Assembly (NCBI GenBank): GCA_963704725.1
Contig: OY969934.1
Coordinates: forward strand, 2,048,001 to 2,112,000
Reading direction: 5' to 3'
From: an uncultured Actinomycetes bacterium
Lineage (GTDB): Bacteria; Actinomycetota; UBA4738; HRBIN12
Length of the DNA stretch: 64,000 bases
Under the pieces are notes generated by a model that saw nothing but the letters and a program-made list of their open reading frames with translations, did no database searches and was not told where the DNA came from. This document shows positions 41,312-51,050 of this stretch, piece by piece. Both the position numbers and the translations under genes were made by a program. Position 1 is the first letter of the stretch. The number at the start of each line of letters is the position of its first letter.

Positions 41312-43576
41312 CTACGGCGCGTCCGCCGGGAACTCGGCGGACTGCTCTCCCCAGGTCACGACCTGCCACGCCGACGCCACCGGGTCGAGGAAGTGCGGAG
41401 GCGAGTCGTACTTCAGCCGCTGGTCGTAGCTGTAGTCCTTGGCGTAGCCCGAAGTGGCCGAGCTTCCCGAGAAGACCCCGACGGGTCCCCGGTACTTCTG
41501 CGCGATCGCGCCGTTGACCGAGAGGAGCGACGCGGCCGCCGAGTAGTCGTCGAAGGGTCGTCCGAGATTGTAGTTCTGGACCCCGAACGAATGCGCCACG
41601 GTGACCAGCGCGGCGCTGATGCTCGGGCCGCGGTTGCTGGTGGCTCCGGTCAGCGTGGCCATCGTCGACGTGCCGGGGACCGATCCGCTGAACAGGGACG
41701 GAACGGTAGCCGTCGTGCCGAGCGCGGGGGTCTTCAAGTTGCAGTGGTCGTTCGACGACGAAGCCGTTCCGTCGCAGGTCGTCACGGTCGCAGGGTCTCC
41801 GGGGACACCCTTCACCGACTCCGCGACGGATGCGGAACAGCCGGAGCAGGAGGGTGCGGACATGTGAGATCCGGTCATCGTCGGGTTCACGTCCGTGGCG
41901 GCCTGCGCTCCGATGAACGTCACGGCGTAGGTCCTGGTGCTCCCGGACCCGCTGCCGGTCACGCTGATGTCCCCGCTCCCGAGGGCGGCGAGGTTGGCCA
42001 GGGCCGTGGCGATGCGCGAGGCGGTGGTGCTGTTGGTGCTGCTGTAGCTGATGTTCGCGGTGGTCTGACAGCTGGCGGAGGCCGTGCAGTAGGTGAGCGT
42101 GAACGTGTCTCCGAACGACGCGCTCGTCAGCGTGATCGTCTGGATCTCGTTGACCGAGGCGACGAAGTCGGCCGGGTCGTTCGGATCGGCGACCGCGTGG
42201 TAGACGTTGATGAAGTTGTTGGCGACCAGCCCGAGCAGGTCGGTGCTCCCCGAGTACGCCGTGCTCCCGAACACGATGATGTTGTTCTCGGCCGCGATCG
42301 TGAGGCGGCCGTGCAGCGTCCCCTGGACGAACGCGTCACCGTTCCGGCACCCGTACCCGGTGGGAGTCGTGTTCGGATCGAGCGGTGTGACGTCGTTCTT
42401 CTGTGGGAATCCGAGCGGGTGGGTCCGGAAGGGCGCTCCGCTGCCTCCGATGGCCGGCCGGCTGAAGGGGCAGCCGCTCGTGGCATTGTCTCCCGCCGTC
42501 GGGACGTTCTGAACGTAGACCACGCCACCTCCGCTGGTCGGCAGCGTGAACCTGGTGGTCGTGTACTTCTGGAACATGACCTCCGCGGCGGGCGCGCCGG
42601 GCCACGTGCAGTAGACCTGCCTGGTGAACGGGCTGATGACGTCCATGGTGCCGTCGCTGTTCATGGAGATGGCGGTCGGGCCCGTGAACAGGCACCCGGT
42701 GCCACCCATCGTCGGGTTCGTCTCGTTCTTGATGCTGGCGTTGCTCGGGGGGATCGTCAGCGGGTCCGCGTACCGGGGGTCTCCGGCCGTCGCGAACACG
42801 GGCGTGCCGGAGCCGATCCAGCGGTTCCCCGACGCCGGCTTGTAGCTGGTGCTGGTGTCGCCGTTGAAGTGGGGGCTCCCGCTGATGCGGATCGCGTCGT
42901 TCGTGTGCAGTGGGCCGTCGACCGTGTCTCCCGAGATGAACGTGATGTCGGTGCAGTAGTCGTTGGCCGAGCTGTCGTTGTCGGAGAAGCCGAGCGCCGC
43001 AGTGTCGTTGCGGCTGCTGACGTCCCGGCCGTCGTAGTACCGGTGGTCGCATCGGTGCAGGGTCGCCCAGTTCGAGTTGTTGCTGTTGAACGGGCTCGGA
43101 TACAGCGCGGTGTCGGTCGTCTCGAGATCGGTGAAGTAGAGGTAGTCGAGGAAGTTGCGCCGTCGCAGGCTCGCGGCGACCGAACGCGTGACGCTCCCTA
43201 CCTTGCCCGTCGCGGTGATCTTGATGGTTCCGGTCGAGGCCAGATCGCTCGTGCTCGTCGAGTAGCGGAAAGAGGCGTCGCTCGACTCGCCCGGGATCGG
43301 CACCCACGTCGTGAACGCCTGGTTCCCGTCGGGCGGGAGGTTGGTGCTCGAGTACTGCCAGTACGAGCCGTCCTGGTTCAGGTGGAACAGGTAGTCATCG
43401 ATCCCCGCCTCTGCGGCCGCGAGCGCCGCGTTCCAGTCCTGATCCCGCGCCGAGAGGTCGCGCGAACCGACCGCGTAGGACATGACTCCGGTGATGAGCG
43501 CGAGGACCAGGATCATCGACAGCATGACGACGACGAGGACGTAGCCACCTTCCTCACGCCGGATCCTGGTCATCAT
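41312..43576 (-). CDS. Large PilX-like minor pilin / putative tip adhesin
   Basis: EEGG|YVLVVV prepilin-like start lacking Glu5, A..AAEAG, GPLHTND, GRLTIAAENNI, GAIAQKYRG, GY.KDYSYD.RL...PP.F. Confidence 0.75.
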   Translation of the reverse strand: MMTRIRREEGGYVLVVVMLSMILVLALITGVMSYAVGSRDLSARDQDWNAALAAAEAGIDDYLFHLNQDGSYWQYSSTNLPPDGNQAFTTWVPIPGESSDASFRYSTSTSDLASTGTIKITATGKVGSVTRSVAASLRRRNFLDYLYFTDLETTDTALYPSPFNSNNSNWATLHRCDHRYYDGRDVSSRNDTAALGFSDNDSSANDYCTDITFISGDTVDGPLHTNDAIRISGSPHFNGDTSTSYKPASGNRWIGSGTPVFATAGDPRYADPLTIPPSNASIKNETNPTMGGTGCLFTGPTAISMNSDGTMDVISPFTRQVYCTWPGAPAAEVMFQKYTTTRFTLPTSGGGVVYVQNVPTAGDNATSGCPFSRPAIGGSGAPFRTHPLGFPQKNDVTPLDPNTTPTGYGCRNGDAFVQGTLHGRLTIAAENNIIVFGSTAYSGSTDLLGLVANNFINVYHAVADPNDPADFVASVNEIQTITLTSASFGDTFTLTYCTASASCQTTANISYSSTNSTTASRIATALANLAALGSGDISVTGSGSGSTRTYAVTFIGAQAATDVNPTMTGSHMSAPSCSGCSASVAESVKGVPGDPATVTTCDGTASSSNDHCNLKTPALGTTATVPSLFSGSVPGTSTMATLTGATSNRGPSISAALVTVAHSFGVQNYNLGRPFDDYSAAASLLSVNGAIAQKYRGPVGVFSGSSATSGYAKDYSYDQRLKYDSPPHFLDPVASAWQVVTWGEQSAEFPADAP

Positions 43577-43588
43577 GGCTGCCTCACC

Positions 43589-44329
43589 TCACGGGCTCGG
43601 GGACGGTGGCGGGTTGTAGAACACGTTGGGAAGACGCACCCGGTTCTCGATCGTGGTGTCCGCGACGCTCAGGCTCGTGTCCTTGCGCACCGCGAGCCTG
43701 ATGCCGACCTCCTTGACCTTCAGCGCGTCCGTGACGGATAGCCAGGCGCCGTCGGCGAGCGCGAACGGGACGAGGTCGCCGGCGGCGTCCGCGTAGTAGT
43801 AGGTGAAGACCGGCTCGGCGGTGGTGTTCGCGATGTACCGGCCGACGAGCCGCGTCCGGACCGCTCCCCCGATCCACGTGCAGTCGTCTCCCTCCGGGGT
43901 CCCGCCGCTGGGCTCCCTGACGGACTCGATCAGCCGGTAGCCGTCCACGGCGCTCGTGTACTGGAGGTACAGGCGGATGAGCTTGGGACACTGCGTCGAC
44001 AGGTTCAGGTTCGCCAGGAACAGGATCTCCCGGTTCCCGGCCCTGGTCACGCCATCGATCGGGTAGAAGCCGCTCGGCCCGTCGGGGAACGGCGAGGTCG
44101 AGGCGTTCAGCTTCGCCGCCGTCCTCACGTCCTTGGTGATGACCTGCATGAGGATGCGCGCCTCGTTGAGGTTCTCGATGCGCCGGACGCCACCTGTGGA
44201 CGCGCGCTGGAACGAGGCGACCGACTGCATCGTGAAGGCCAGGATCGTGCTGAGCACCAACATCACCACCATCATCTCGACGAGGGTCACGCCCTCGTCT
44301 GCGCGCAGACGGCGGATGAGTCCGGCCAT
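43589..44329 (-). CDS. Minor pilin (PilW-like)
   Basis: DEG|VTLVEMMVVM class III signal; ITKDVRTA. Confidence 0.82.
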   Translation of the reverse strand: MAGLIRRLRADEGVTLVEMMVVMLVLSTILAFTMQSVASFQRASTGGVRRIENLNEARILMQVITKDVRTAAKLNASTSPFPDGPSGFYPIDGVTRAGNREILFLANLNLSTQCPKLIRLYLQYTSAVDGYRLIESVREPSGGTPEGDDCTWIGGAVRTRLVGRYIANTTAEPVFTYYYADAAGDLVPFALADGAWLSVTDALKVKEVGIRLAVRKDTSLSVADTTIENRVRLPNVFYNPPPSPSP

Positions 44330-45621
44330 CACTGGATCACCGCGATGTCGAATGGCCACGTCCCGTCGGCGTCGGCCGGCGGGGTCGTGGTCGAGATCAC
44401 GACCGTGTTCGGGATGCCGTTCACCGAGACGCTCCACGTCCCGTACGGGAGGGCCGCCCCGAGCACGCCGAACTCGTCGGTCGTGCCGAGGGCGAACGAT
44501 TCGCCCGACGGACACGACGCGTCGACGGCGTGCGAGGCCGAGACCGACACGCCGGCCACCGGCGTGAGGTTCCCCAAGCCGTCGTCGTGCTGGACCGTGA
44601 CGAACACCTCATGGAGACCCAGCGTCACGGCCGTGGCGACGCCCGGAAGGACCGCGACCGCAGGCTCGTCGGGGCTGGCGTCCGCACACGTGCCCGCCCT
44701 GATGTCGTAGCCGTCCGCGAACGGGAACAGCCCGCCGACCTGGCGCGAAGGACCGCTGCCGGGGACGAGCCGGATCCCGCTGGGAAGGAGGTGGGTGTTG
44801 CCGATGACGAGCGAGACCGCGGTGGGGGCGGCCGCGCCCGTATCCTGTCCGACCACCGTCACATCGAGGGTGGAGGCGCGGTCGTAGTCGAACGCGAGCG
44901 AGGTGGTGCCACCCACGGCCACCGAAGCAACCTGTGAGGGCATCGATTCCCCCTGGTAGCTGACGTAGCCCCCGGCAGACAGCGTGGCCGTGAAGGGGCC
45001 GGCGGGCAGGAAGGCGAAGAACGCGCAGCCGTCCGCGGTCGTCATCTGCGTGGCGGTGGTCGGGGGCGGAGGCGTCGGGCTCAGCGTGACCTGCGCGCCG
45101 GCCACAGGCAGCCCGTCTCGGTCGATGACGCTCACGGCGATGTGGCCGGAGTCCTCGTCGTAGGTCCCTACGGGGGGAGTCACGATCGTGTGTGCGTCCA
45201 CGGGCTGGACACCCGACATGACCGGCCACGACACGTAGACGTTGACGCTGAGGTACTTGGGCTCCGCGTTCGCCGGCGCATCGCACGGGCTGGAGCTCGC
45301 ATCGCCGACCACCCACTGGGAGTCGCGAACGATCGTGTACTCCACATCGCCGACGGTCCGAGATACCTCGGTCCGGCCCGCCTGCAGGTTCGTGAAGGAC
45401 GTCGCGCGTACGATGTCCATCTCCTCGGCGGCCAGGTTCGCCGCGACACTCCGGTGGCGGTCGGTCCGAAGGATGTTCATCGTGCTGCTCTGCGTGGTGG
45501 CGATGGAGACGATGAGGACGCCGAACAGGAGCATCGCGATGGCGACCTCGATCATGGTGAAGCCGCGCTCGTCGGCGTGCAGACGAGCGCGGAGTCGATC
45601 CAGCACGGCTCGCTCCCTCAT
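44329..45621 (-). CDS. Minor pilin (PilV-like) with C-terminal beta-sandwich domains
   Basis: ERG|FTMIEVAIAM; AANLA.EEM; later V.VIDRDGLPVAGAQVTL...TTADGC. Confidence 0.82.
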   Translation of the reverse strand: MRERAVLDRLRARLHADERGFTMIEVAIAMLLFGVLIVSIATTQSSTMNILRTDRHRSVAANLAAEEMDIVRATSFTNLQAGRTEVSRTVGDVEYTIVRDSQWVVGDASSSPCDAPANAEPKYLSVNVYVSWPVMSGVQPVDAHTIVTPPVGTYDEDSGHIAVSVIDRDGLPVAGAQVTLSPTPPPPTTATQMTTADGCAFFAFLPAGPFTATLSAGGYVSYQGESMPSQVASVAVGGTTSLAFDYDRASTLDVTVVGQDTGAAAPTAVSLVIGNTHLLPSGIRLVPGSGPSRQVGGLFPFADGYDIRAGTCADASPDEPAVAVLPGVATAVTLGLHEVFVTVQHDDGLGNLTPVAGVSVSASHAVDASCPSGESFALGTTDEFGVLGAALPYGTWSVSVNGIPNTVVISTTTPPADADGTWPFDIAVIQ

Positions 45622-45678
45622 CCGAACCTCATCCCGGTCCTGCGCACACCATCGACCTCACCCTCGAGCCCCTTGAGC

Positions 45679-46141
45679 TCACGACCATCCGCCCGTGCAC
45701 TCCGCCGTCTGGTCCACCGCCGAGAACGCCGCTCCCTGCCCCTTGTCGAACGCGGGGCTGTTCGCCAGCTGGCGGAGGCAGAAGTACCTCCCCGTGCGAG
45801 ACCTGGAGATCAGCAGCAGCGCCGACCCCGTAGCCTCCTGGATGGTGATCTCCTCGACGGCGGGATCCGTGTCGGCGGCCCTCCAGTCGAGCGCGGGCTC
45901 CACGGAGACGGCCGCGGCCAGCGTGAAGGCGTCGTACGACCCCTCCCCCGCCCACGTGGAGAGGGCGGCGGCGAGCGCCGGTGCGCAGGTTCGACTGCGT
46001 CGCCCGGTCCTCCGCCCGCTCCCTCGCGCCGAGGAAGGTGGGCAGGGCGATGGCGATCAGGATGCCGATGATGAGGACGACCACCATCAGCTCGATGAGG
46101 GTGAAGCCCTCTTCCTGGTCTCGTTCGTGTAGACGTCGCAT
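45679..46141 (-). pseudogene. Type IV pilin 2, +1 frameshift near 45980 (pseudogene or sequence error)
   Basis: EEG|FTLIELMVVVLIIGILIAIALP...QSNLRT then shifted frame ALAAA...EPALDW...YFC...ECTGGWS*; span is 3n+1. Confidence 0.8.
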
Positions 46142-46163
46142 CCTGCTCTCACTCCATGTCGGA

Positions 46164-46190
46164 AGGGGGCGGCCCGACAGGCCGCCCCCT
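46164..46190 (-). terminator. Hairpin after pilin 1
   Basis: AGGGGGCGGCC-TGTCG-GGCCGCCCCCT, 22 nt downstream of the shifted-frame TAG at 46212. Confidence 0.65.
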
Positions 46191-46211
46191 CGACGTTCGG
46201 ATCGGTGCGGC

Positions 46212-46680
46212 CTACCAGCTGCCGGTGCAGGTCGCGAGCGTGGTCGCAGTGCCCGACGTCGCCCTCGTTCTGCCCGCCGCCCGCCGAAGAGACGTTCTTG
46301 GCGATGCAGAAGACGGAGCCGGACGCGCTGATTGCGTTCAGGGCGATGTCGGTGGCCGTGGCCCCGCCGATGTAGACCGTGTCCAACGACTGGCCGACCG
46401 CGGATGCGCCGTCGTCCCACGTCAGCGACGGCTCGATGCTGCCGGCCGCCGACGCCGTGAAGCCGAGGTACGTGTCGCCGTCGGTGAAGAACGTGTCCGC
46501 CGCGGCGATCGCGTTCCGCAGGTTCGACTGTGCGGCCCGGTCCTGTGCCCGAGTCCTGGCGCCCAGGAAGGTCGGCAGAGCGATGGCGATCAGGATGCCG
46601 ATGATCAGAACGACCACCATGAGCTCGATGAGGGTGAAGCCCTCGTCGTCCTTCCTGCGCTCCCAGAAGCGCTGAAGCAT
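46212..46680 (-). CDS. pilA: Probable major type IV pilin, +1 frameshift near 46261
   Basis: Strong SD AGGAGGAGGTGA; DEG|FTLIELMVVVLIIGILIAIALP; shifted frame gives TSGTATTLATCTGSW*, matching pilin 2 CTGGW. Confidence 0.82.
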
Positions 46681-46742
46681 GGAGTCACCTCCTCCTTCTA
46701 TGTCTCTAGGCGCGTCACCGTGACGCGCTTCCTTCCAGGGTT

Positions 46743-46769
46743 TTCGGTCTCCGGCGCCGGGGGCTTGAC
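46743..46769 (-). promoter_or_regulatory. Sigma28/FliA-like promoter for pilin 1
   Basis: GTCA-N17-ACCGAA. Confidence 0.45.
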
Positions 46770-46881
46770 CCCGGTTAAGCGCTTTGGGCAGGAATGGCTC
46801 GAACGGAGTAGTCACCGGGGGCCGGGCGTGGAGGGAGACCGGCGGGCGGCCGTGCCGAACGGGCCCACCGGTCTCCGGGCG

Positions 46882-48093
46882 CTACTTGATCAGGTTGATG
46901 ACGTTGAACATGGGCAGGTACAGGGCCACGACCGCCCCACCCACGCAGCCGCCGATCACGGCGATCATGAGCGGCTCGATCAGGGACGTCAGCGCGTCCA
47001 CCGAGGCCTCGACCTCCGAGTTGTAGAACTCGGCAACCTTGCTCAGCATCGTGTCGACGCCGCCGGTCTCCTCCCCGACCGCCATCATCTGGACGACCAT
47101 CGGTGGGAAGACTTTGTGCTTGGACAGGGGCTTCGCGATCGACTCGCCCTCCCGGATGCTCCCCTTGACGTCGTCGACGGCGCCCGAGAGGACCCGGTTG
47201 TTCACGGTCTCCTTCACGATGTCCAGCGCGCTCAGGATCGGCACGCCAGCGTGCATGAGCATCCCGAACGTCGAGGAGAACCGGGCCAGGGCCACCTTGT
47301 GGAACAGCGGGCCGAACACCGGCGTCTTGATCTTCATCGCGTCGATCCGGGCCCGGCCCGAGTCGGTCTTCTTGTACCGCTTGAGACCGATGACCAGCCC
47401 GACGGAGATGGCGATCATCATGTACCAGTAGGTGCGGAGCCCTCGGGACGCCCCCAGCAGGACCCTGGTCGGCATCGGCAGGGTGCTGTTCAGGCTGGCG
47501 TAGATGCCCTCGAACTGCGGCACGATGAACAGCAGCATCGCGGCCAGGATCAGGAAGACCATGCAGACCACGACCACGGGATAGGTCATGGCGGACTTGA
47601 TCCGGCGCCGGAGCTCGACCTCCTTCTCGATCTGGTCGGCCAGCTCGAGCAGGACCATGTCGAGCACACCACCGGTCTCGCCGGCCCGGACCATCGAGAC
47701 GAACAGGTTGTTGAAGGCCTTGGGGTGCTTGGCGACCGCGTTCGACAGGGACGAGCCCTGCTCCACGTCAAGTCGCACCTGGCCCAGGACCTTGGCCAGC
47801 TCCTTGCTCTCCGTCTGGTCCGCCAGGATCGACAGGGCGCGCAGGATCGGCAGGCCCGAGTTGACCATCGTCGCGAACTGGCGGCAGAAGATGGCGATCT
47901 GCTTCAGCTTCACGTGGCCCGGACGGAGGTTGATCTCCATCCTCAGGCCCTCGACGTGCTTCTTCACGTTGACGGGCGTCATGCCCATCTCGCGAAGCTT
48001 GTTCAGGACCAGCGTCTCGCTGTCGCCGACGAGCTGGCCCGAGACGAGGTTCCCCGTCCGGTCACGGACCTTGTAGTCGTAGGTCTGCGGCAT
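46882..48093 (-). CDS. pilC: Type IV pilus platform protein PilC
   Basis: FCRQFATMVNSGLPI, AGETGG.L, AMTYP, GEETG, LIEP, YLPMF. Confidence 0.95.
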   Translation of the reverse strand: MPQTYDYKVRDRTGNLVSGQLVGDSETLVLNKLREMGMTPVNVKKHVEGLRMEINLRPGHVKLKQIAIFCRQFATMVNSGLPILRALSILADQTESKELAKVLGQVRLDVEQGSSLSNAVAKHPKAFNNLFVSMVRAGETGGVLDMVLLELADQIEKEVELRRRIKSAMTYPVVVVCMVFLILAAMLLFIVPQFEGIYASLNSTLPMPTRVLLGASRGLRTYWYMMIAISVGLVIGLKRYKKTDSGRARIDAMKIKTPVFGPLFHKVALARFSSTFGMLMHAGVPILSALDIVKETVNNRVLSGAVDDVKGSIREGESIAKPLSKHKVFPPMVVQMMAVGEETGGVDTMLSKVAEFYNSEVEASVDALTSLIEPLMIAVIGGCVGGAVVALYLPMFNVINLIK

Positions 48094-48106
48094 CGTCCCC
48101 CTCCGC

Positions 48107-49261
48107 TCAGTAGTCGCCCATGACGATGCCGGCGGCCGCCGCGGCGCCGTAGCCGGCGTCGAAGCTCGCGCCCTGACCGCCGATGAGCCGGTTGAGCTCC
48201 TCGGGGTCGTGGCACCGCTCGTAGGCGAGGTTCTGGGTCACCATGTTGGCCTTCACCAGGTTGGCCAGCGACTGGTCCATGGTCTGCATGCCGAAACGGC
48301 CGCCGGCCTGCATGATCGAGTAGATCTGGTGGGTCTTGCCCTCGCGGATCAGGTTCCGCACGGCCGGCGTGCAGATGAGCACCTCCACCGAGATGCAGCG
48401 CCCGAGCCCGTCCGCGGTCTGCAGCAGCTGCTGGGTCACGACGCCCTGGAGGGTGGTGGCGAGCTGGACGCGGACCTGCTGCTGCTGGTGGGGCGGGAAG
48501 ACGTCGATGATGCGGTCGATCGTCTGCGGCGCGTCCTGCGTGTGGAGCGTGGCGAAGACCAGGTGCCCGGTCTCGGCCGCCGTGATCGCCGTGGAGATCG
48601 TCTCCAGGTCGCGCATCTCGCCGACCAGGATCACGTCGGGGTCCTGGCGCAGGACGTGCTTGAGGGCCTGCGAGAACGAGTGGGTGTCGGCGCCGATCTC
48701 GCGCTGGTTCACGATGCACCGCTGGTGCCGGTGCAGGAACTCGATGGGGTCCTCGACGGTCATGATGTGGGCCCGGCGCTCCTTGTTGACGATGTCGACC
48801 ATCGACGCCAGCGTCGTCGACTTGCCCGAGCCGGTCGGGCCGGTGACCACGACGAACCCACGCGGGTACCTGGCCAGGTCGGCCACGACGCTCGGCAGGC
48901 CGAGCGCCTCGATCGGCTTGATCTCGTACGGGATCAGACGGAAGGCTGCTCCCACGGAGTCGCGCTGCAGGTAGACGTTGACCCGGAACCGCGCCTTGCC
49001 GGGCAGCGAGTACGACATGTCGAGCTCGAGCTCCTGCTCGAACCGCTCCCGCATCTTCTGCGGCAGGATCGCGTAGATCATGCCCTGCAACGCTCTCGGG
49101 GTGAGGATGGGGTACTCGTCCAGGCGGACGAGATCGCCGTGCAGCCGGATCGTCGGCGGCGCCCCCACGGTCAGGTGCAGGTCCGACGCGTTCTTGTCCA
49201 GCACCACCTCCAGCAACTCGGGCACCGGAACCGTCAGCTCCTGCTCCGCCGGGATGCTCAT
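48107..49261 (-). CDS. pilT: Type IV pilus retraction ATPase PilT
   Basis: ASDLHL, GPTGSGKSTT, EDPIE, LRQDPD, AETGHLVFATLHT, AVRNLIRE, GMQTMD. Confidence 0.96.
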   Translation of the reverse strand: MSIPAEQELTVPVPELLEVVLDKNASDLHLTVGAPPTIRLHGDLVRLDEYPILTPRALQGMIYAILPQKMRERFEQELELDMSYSLPGKARFRVNVYLQRDSVGAAFRLIPYEIKPIEALGLPSVVADLARYPRGFVVVTGPTGSGKSTTLASMVDIVNKERRAHIMTVEDPIEFLHRHQRCIVNQREIGADTHSFSQALKHVLRQDPDVILVGEMRDLETISTAITAAETGHLVFATLHTQDAPQTIDRIIDVFPPHQQQQVRVQLATTLQGVVTQQLLQTADGLGRCISVEVLICTPAVRNLIREGKTHQIYSIMQAGGRFGMQTMDQSLANLVKANMVTQNLAYERCHDPEELNRLIGGQGASFDAGYGAAAAAGIVMGDY

Positions 49262-49262
49262 G

Positions 49263-50948
49263 TCACTTCACCACCCTCGCGATCTCCTCGATGGACGTCA
49301 GGCCCGCGCGGGACTTCTCGAGCCCGTCGTCGCGGAGTGTCATCATTCCCTGCTCGATGGCCACGGCCCGGATCGTGTCCGAGGACGCGCGCTCGACCGT
49401 GAGCCTCTCGATCTCTTCGGACATCAACATCACTTCATAAAGCCCGATCCGTCCGCGGTATCCCGTCGTGGAACAGGCGGGACACCCCACGGCCCGGTGG
49501 AACTTGGCCCCCTCGGGGATCTGGGACTCGCTGAACCCCGCCTCGATCAGCTCCGCCGGCTCCGGCTCGAAGGGCTCGGCACACCGCTCGCAGAGCTTGC
49601 GGGCCAGGCGCTGAGCGACCACGCAGTCCACGGCCGAGGCCACCAGGAACGTCTCGACCTCCATCTCGATCAGCCGGGTGATCGCGCTCGGCGCGTCGTT
49701 GGTGTGGAGGGAGGACAGGACGAGGTGGCCGGTGAGGGCCGACTCGACCGCGATCATGGCGGTCTCGCGGTCACGGATCTCACCGATCATGATGATGTCG
49801 GGGTCGGCGCGCAGGATGGAGCGCAGCGCCGAGGCGAACGTGAGGCCCGCCTTGGGGTTGACCTGGATCTGGTTGACGCCGGCCAGCCGGTACTCGACCG
49901 GGTCCTCGACCGTGATGATGTGCTTGTCGGGGCTGTTCACGATGTTGAGCGTCGCGTACAGCGACGTCGACTTGCCGGAGCCGGTCGGCCCGGTGGCCAG
50001 GATCGCGCCGTAGGGCTTGCGGAAGGCGGCCTCGTACCGCTTGAAGGCGGACTCGAGGAAGCCAAGGTCGGACAGCTGCAAGAGCGCGTTGCTCTTGTCC
50101 AGGATCCGGATGACGACCTTCTCGCCGTACACCGTCGGCAGGGTCGCGACACGCAGGTCCAGCTGCTTGGTGCCCACGCGCATCCCGATCCGGCCGTCCT
50201 GGGGGACCCGTTTCTCCGCGATGTTCATGTCGGCCATCACCTTGAGCCGGCTGATCAGCCCGCCCTGGATGCTCTTGGGCGAGTGCATGACCTCGTGGAG
50301 CACGCCGTCAACGCGGAACCGGACGCGCACGTCCTTCTCGCTCGGCTCGATGTGGACGTCCGAGGCCCGGTCGGCGACGGCCTGGGTCATGATGGCCTGG
50401 ACGAGCTTGACGATCGGGGCGTCCTCGACGGCCGCCTCGACGTCGGCCAGGTCGGTGTCGTCCATGCCCTCGACGGCCTCGGCGGCCAGCGCCTCGACCT
50501 GGTCGCCCATGCCGGAGAACTTGCCGATGGCCTGCTCCACGTCGTTGGCCGTGGCCACGACGGGTTGGACCTCGCGCCCGGTGATCGTGCGGATGTCGTC
50601 GAGCGCGTACACGTTGGCGGGGTCCGACATCGCGACCAGGAGCTTCCCGTCGCGCTCGTCGATGGCGAGCGCCCGGTAGCGGCGGCAGATCGCGTCGGGG
50701 ATCAGGGTCGCGATGCCGGCGTCGATCCGGTAGTCGGACAGGTCGACGAACTCCAGGCCGACCTGCTCGGCGAGGGCGCGGACCAGATCGCGTTCGCGGA
50801 TGTAGCCGAGGTCGATGAGGACGCGGCCGAGCGACTTCGGCGTGTTCTGGTGCTCATCGAGCGCGCGGTCGAGCTGCTCCTGGTCCAGGAGCCCCTGCTC
50901 GAGCAGGATCTGACCGAGCTGCTTCGGCTTTCGCTTCGTCGTTGCCAT
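49263..50948 (-). CDS. pilB: Type IV pilus extension ATPase PilB with N-terminal MshEN-like domain
   Basis: LGQILLEQGLL / LGRVLIDLGYI; ASDVHIEP, GPTGSGKS, LRADPD, CERC..GCPAC..GYRGR. Confidence 0.96.
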   Translation of the reverse strand: MATTKRKPKQLGQILLEQGLLDQEQLDRALDEHQNTPKSLGRVLIDLGYIRERDLVRALAEQVGLEFVDLSDYRIDAGIATLIPDAICRRYRALAIDERDGKLLVAMSDPANVYALDDIRTITGREVQPVVATANDVEQAIGKFSGMGDQVEALAAEAVEGMDDTDLADVEAAVEDAPIVKLVQAIMTQAVADRASDVHIEPSEKDVRVRFRVDGVLHEVMHSPKSIQGGLISRLKVMADMNIAEKRVPQDGRIGMRVGTKQLDLRVATLPTVYGEKVVIRILDKSNALLQLSDLGFLESAFKRYEAAFRKPYGAILATGPTGSGKSTSLYATLNIVNSPDKHIITVEDPVEYRLAGVNQIQVNPKAGLTFASALRSILRADPDIIMIGEIRDRETAMIAVESALTGHLVLSSLHTNDAPSAITRLIEMEVETFLVASAVDCVVAQRLARKLCERCAEPFEPEPAELIEAGFSESQIPEGAKFHRAVGCPACSTTGYRGRIGLYEVMLMSEEIERLTVERASSDTIRAVAIEQGMMTLRDDGLEKSRAGLTSIEEIARVVK

Positions 50949-50985
50949 GCAGGCGGACGTCCTTTGGGCCTAGGTCGACCTATCC

Positions 50986-51012
50986 ATCGGCAGCGTCCAC
51001 GCCGACCTGTAG
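50986..51012 (-). promoter_or_regulatory. Sigma28/FliA-like promoter for pilB
   Basis: CTAC-N17-GCCGAT. Confidence 0.5.
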
Positions 51013-51050
51013 CACGCGCGAACGCTGCGAACGGTGCCTGCGGATCCCGC

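Noticed and set aside
46087-46815. 242-aa pilin as given by the ORF track
   Set aside because: The true start is ATG 46680 (strong SD). The C-terminal extension runs through a hairpin into pilin 2 and is explained by the +1 frameshift.
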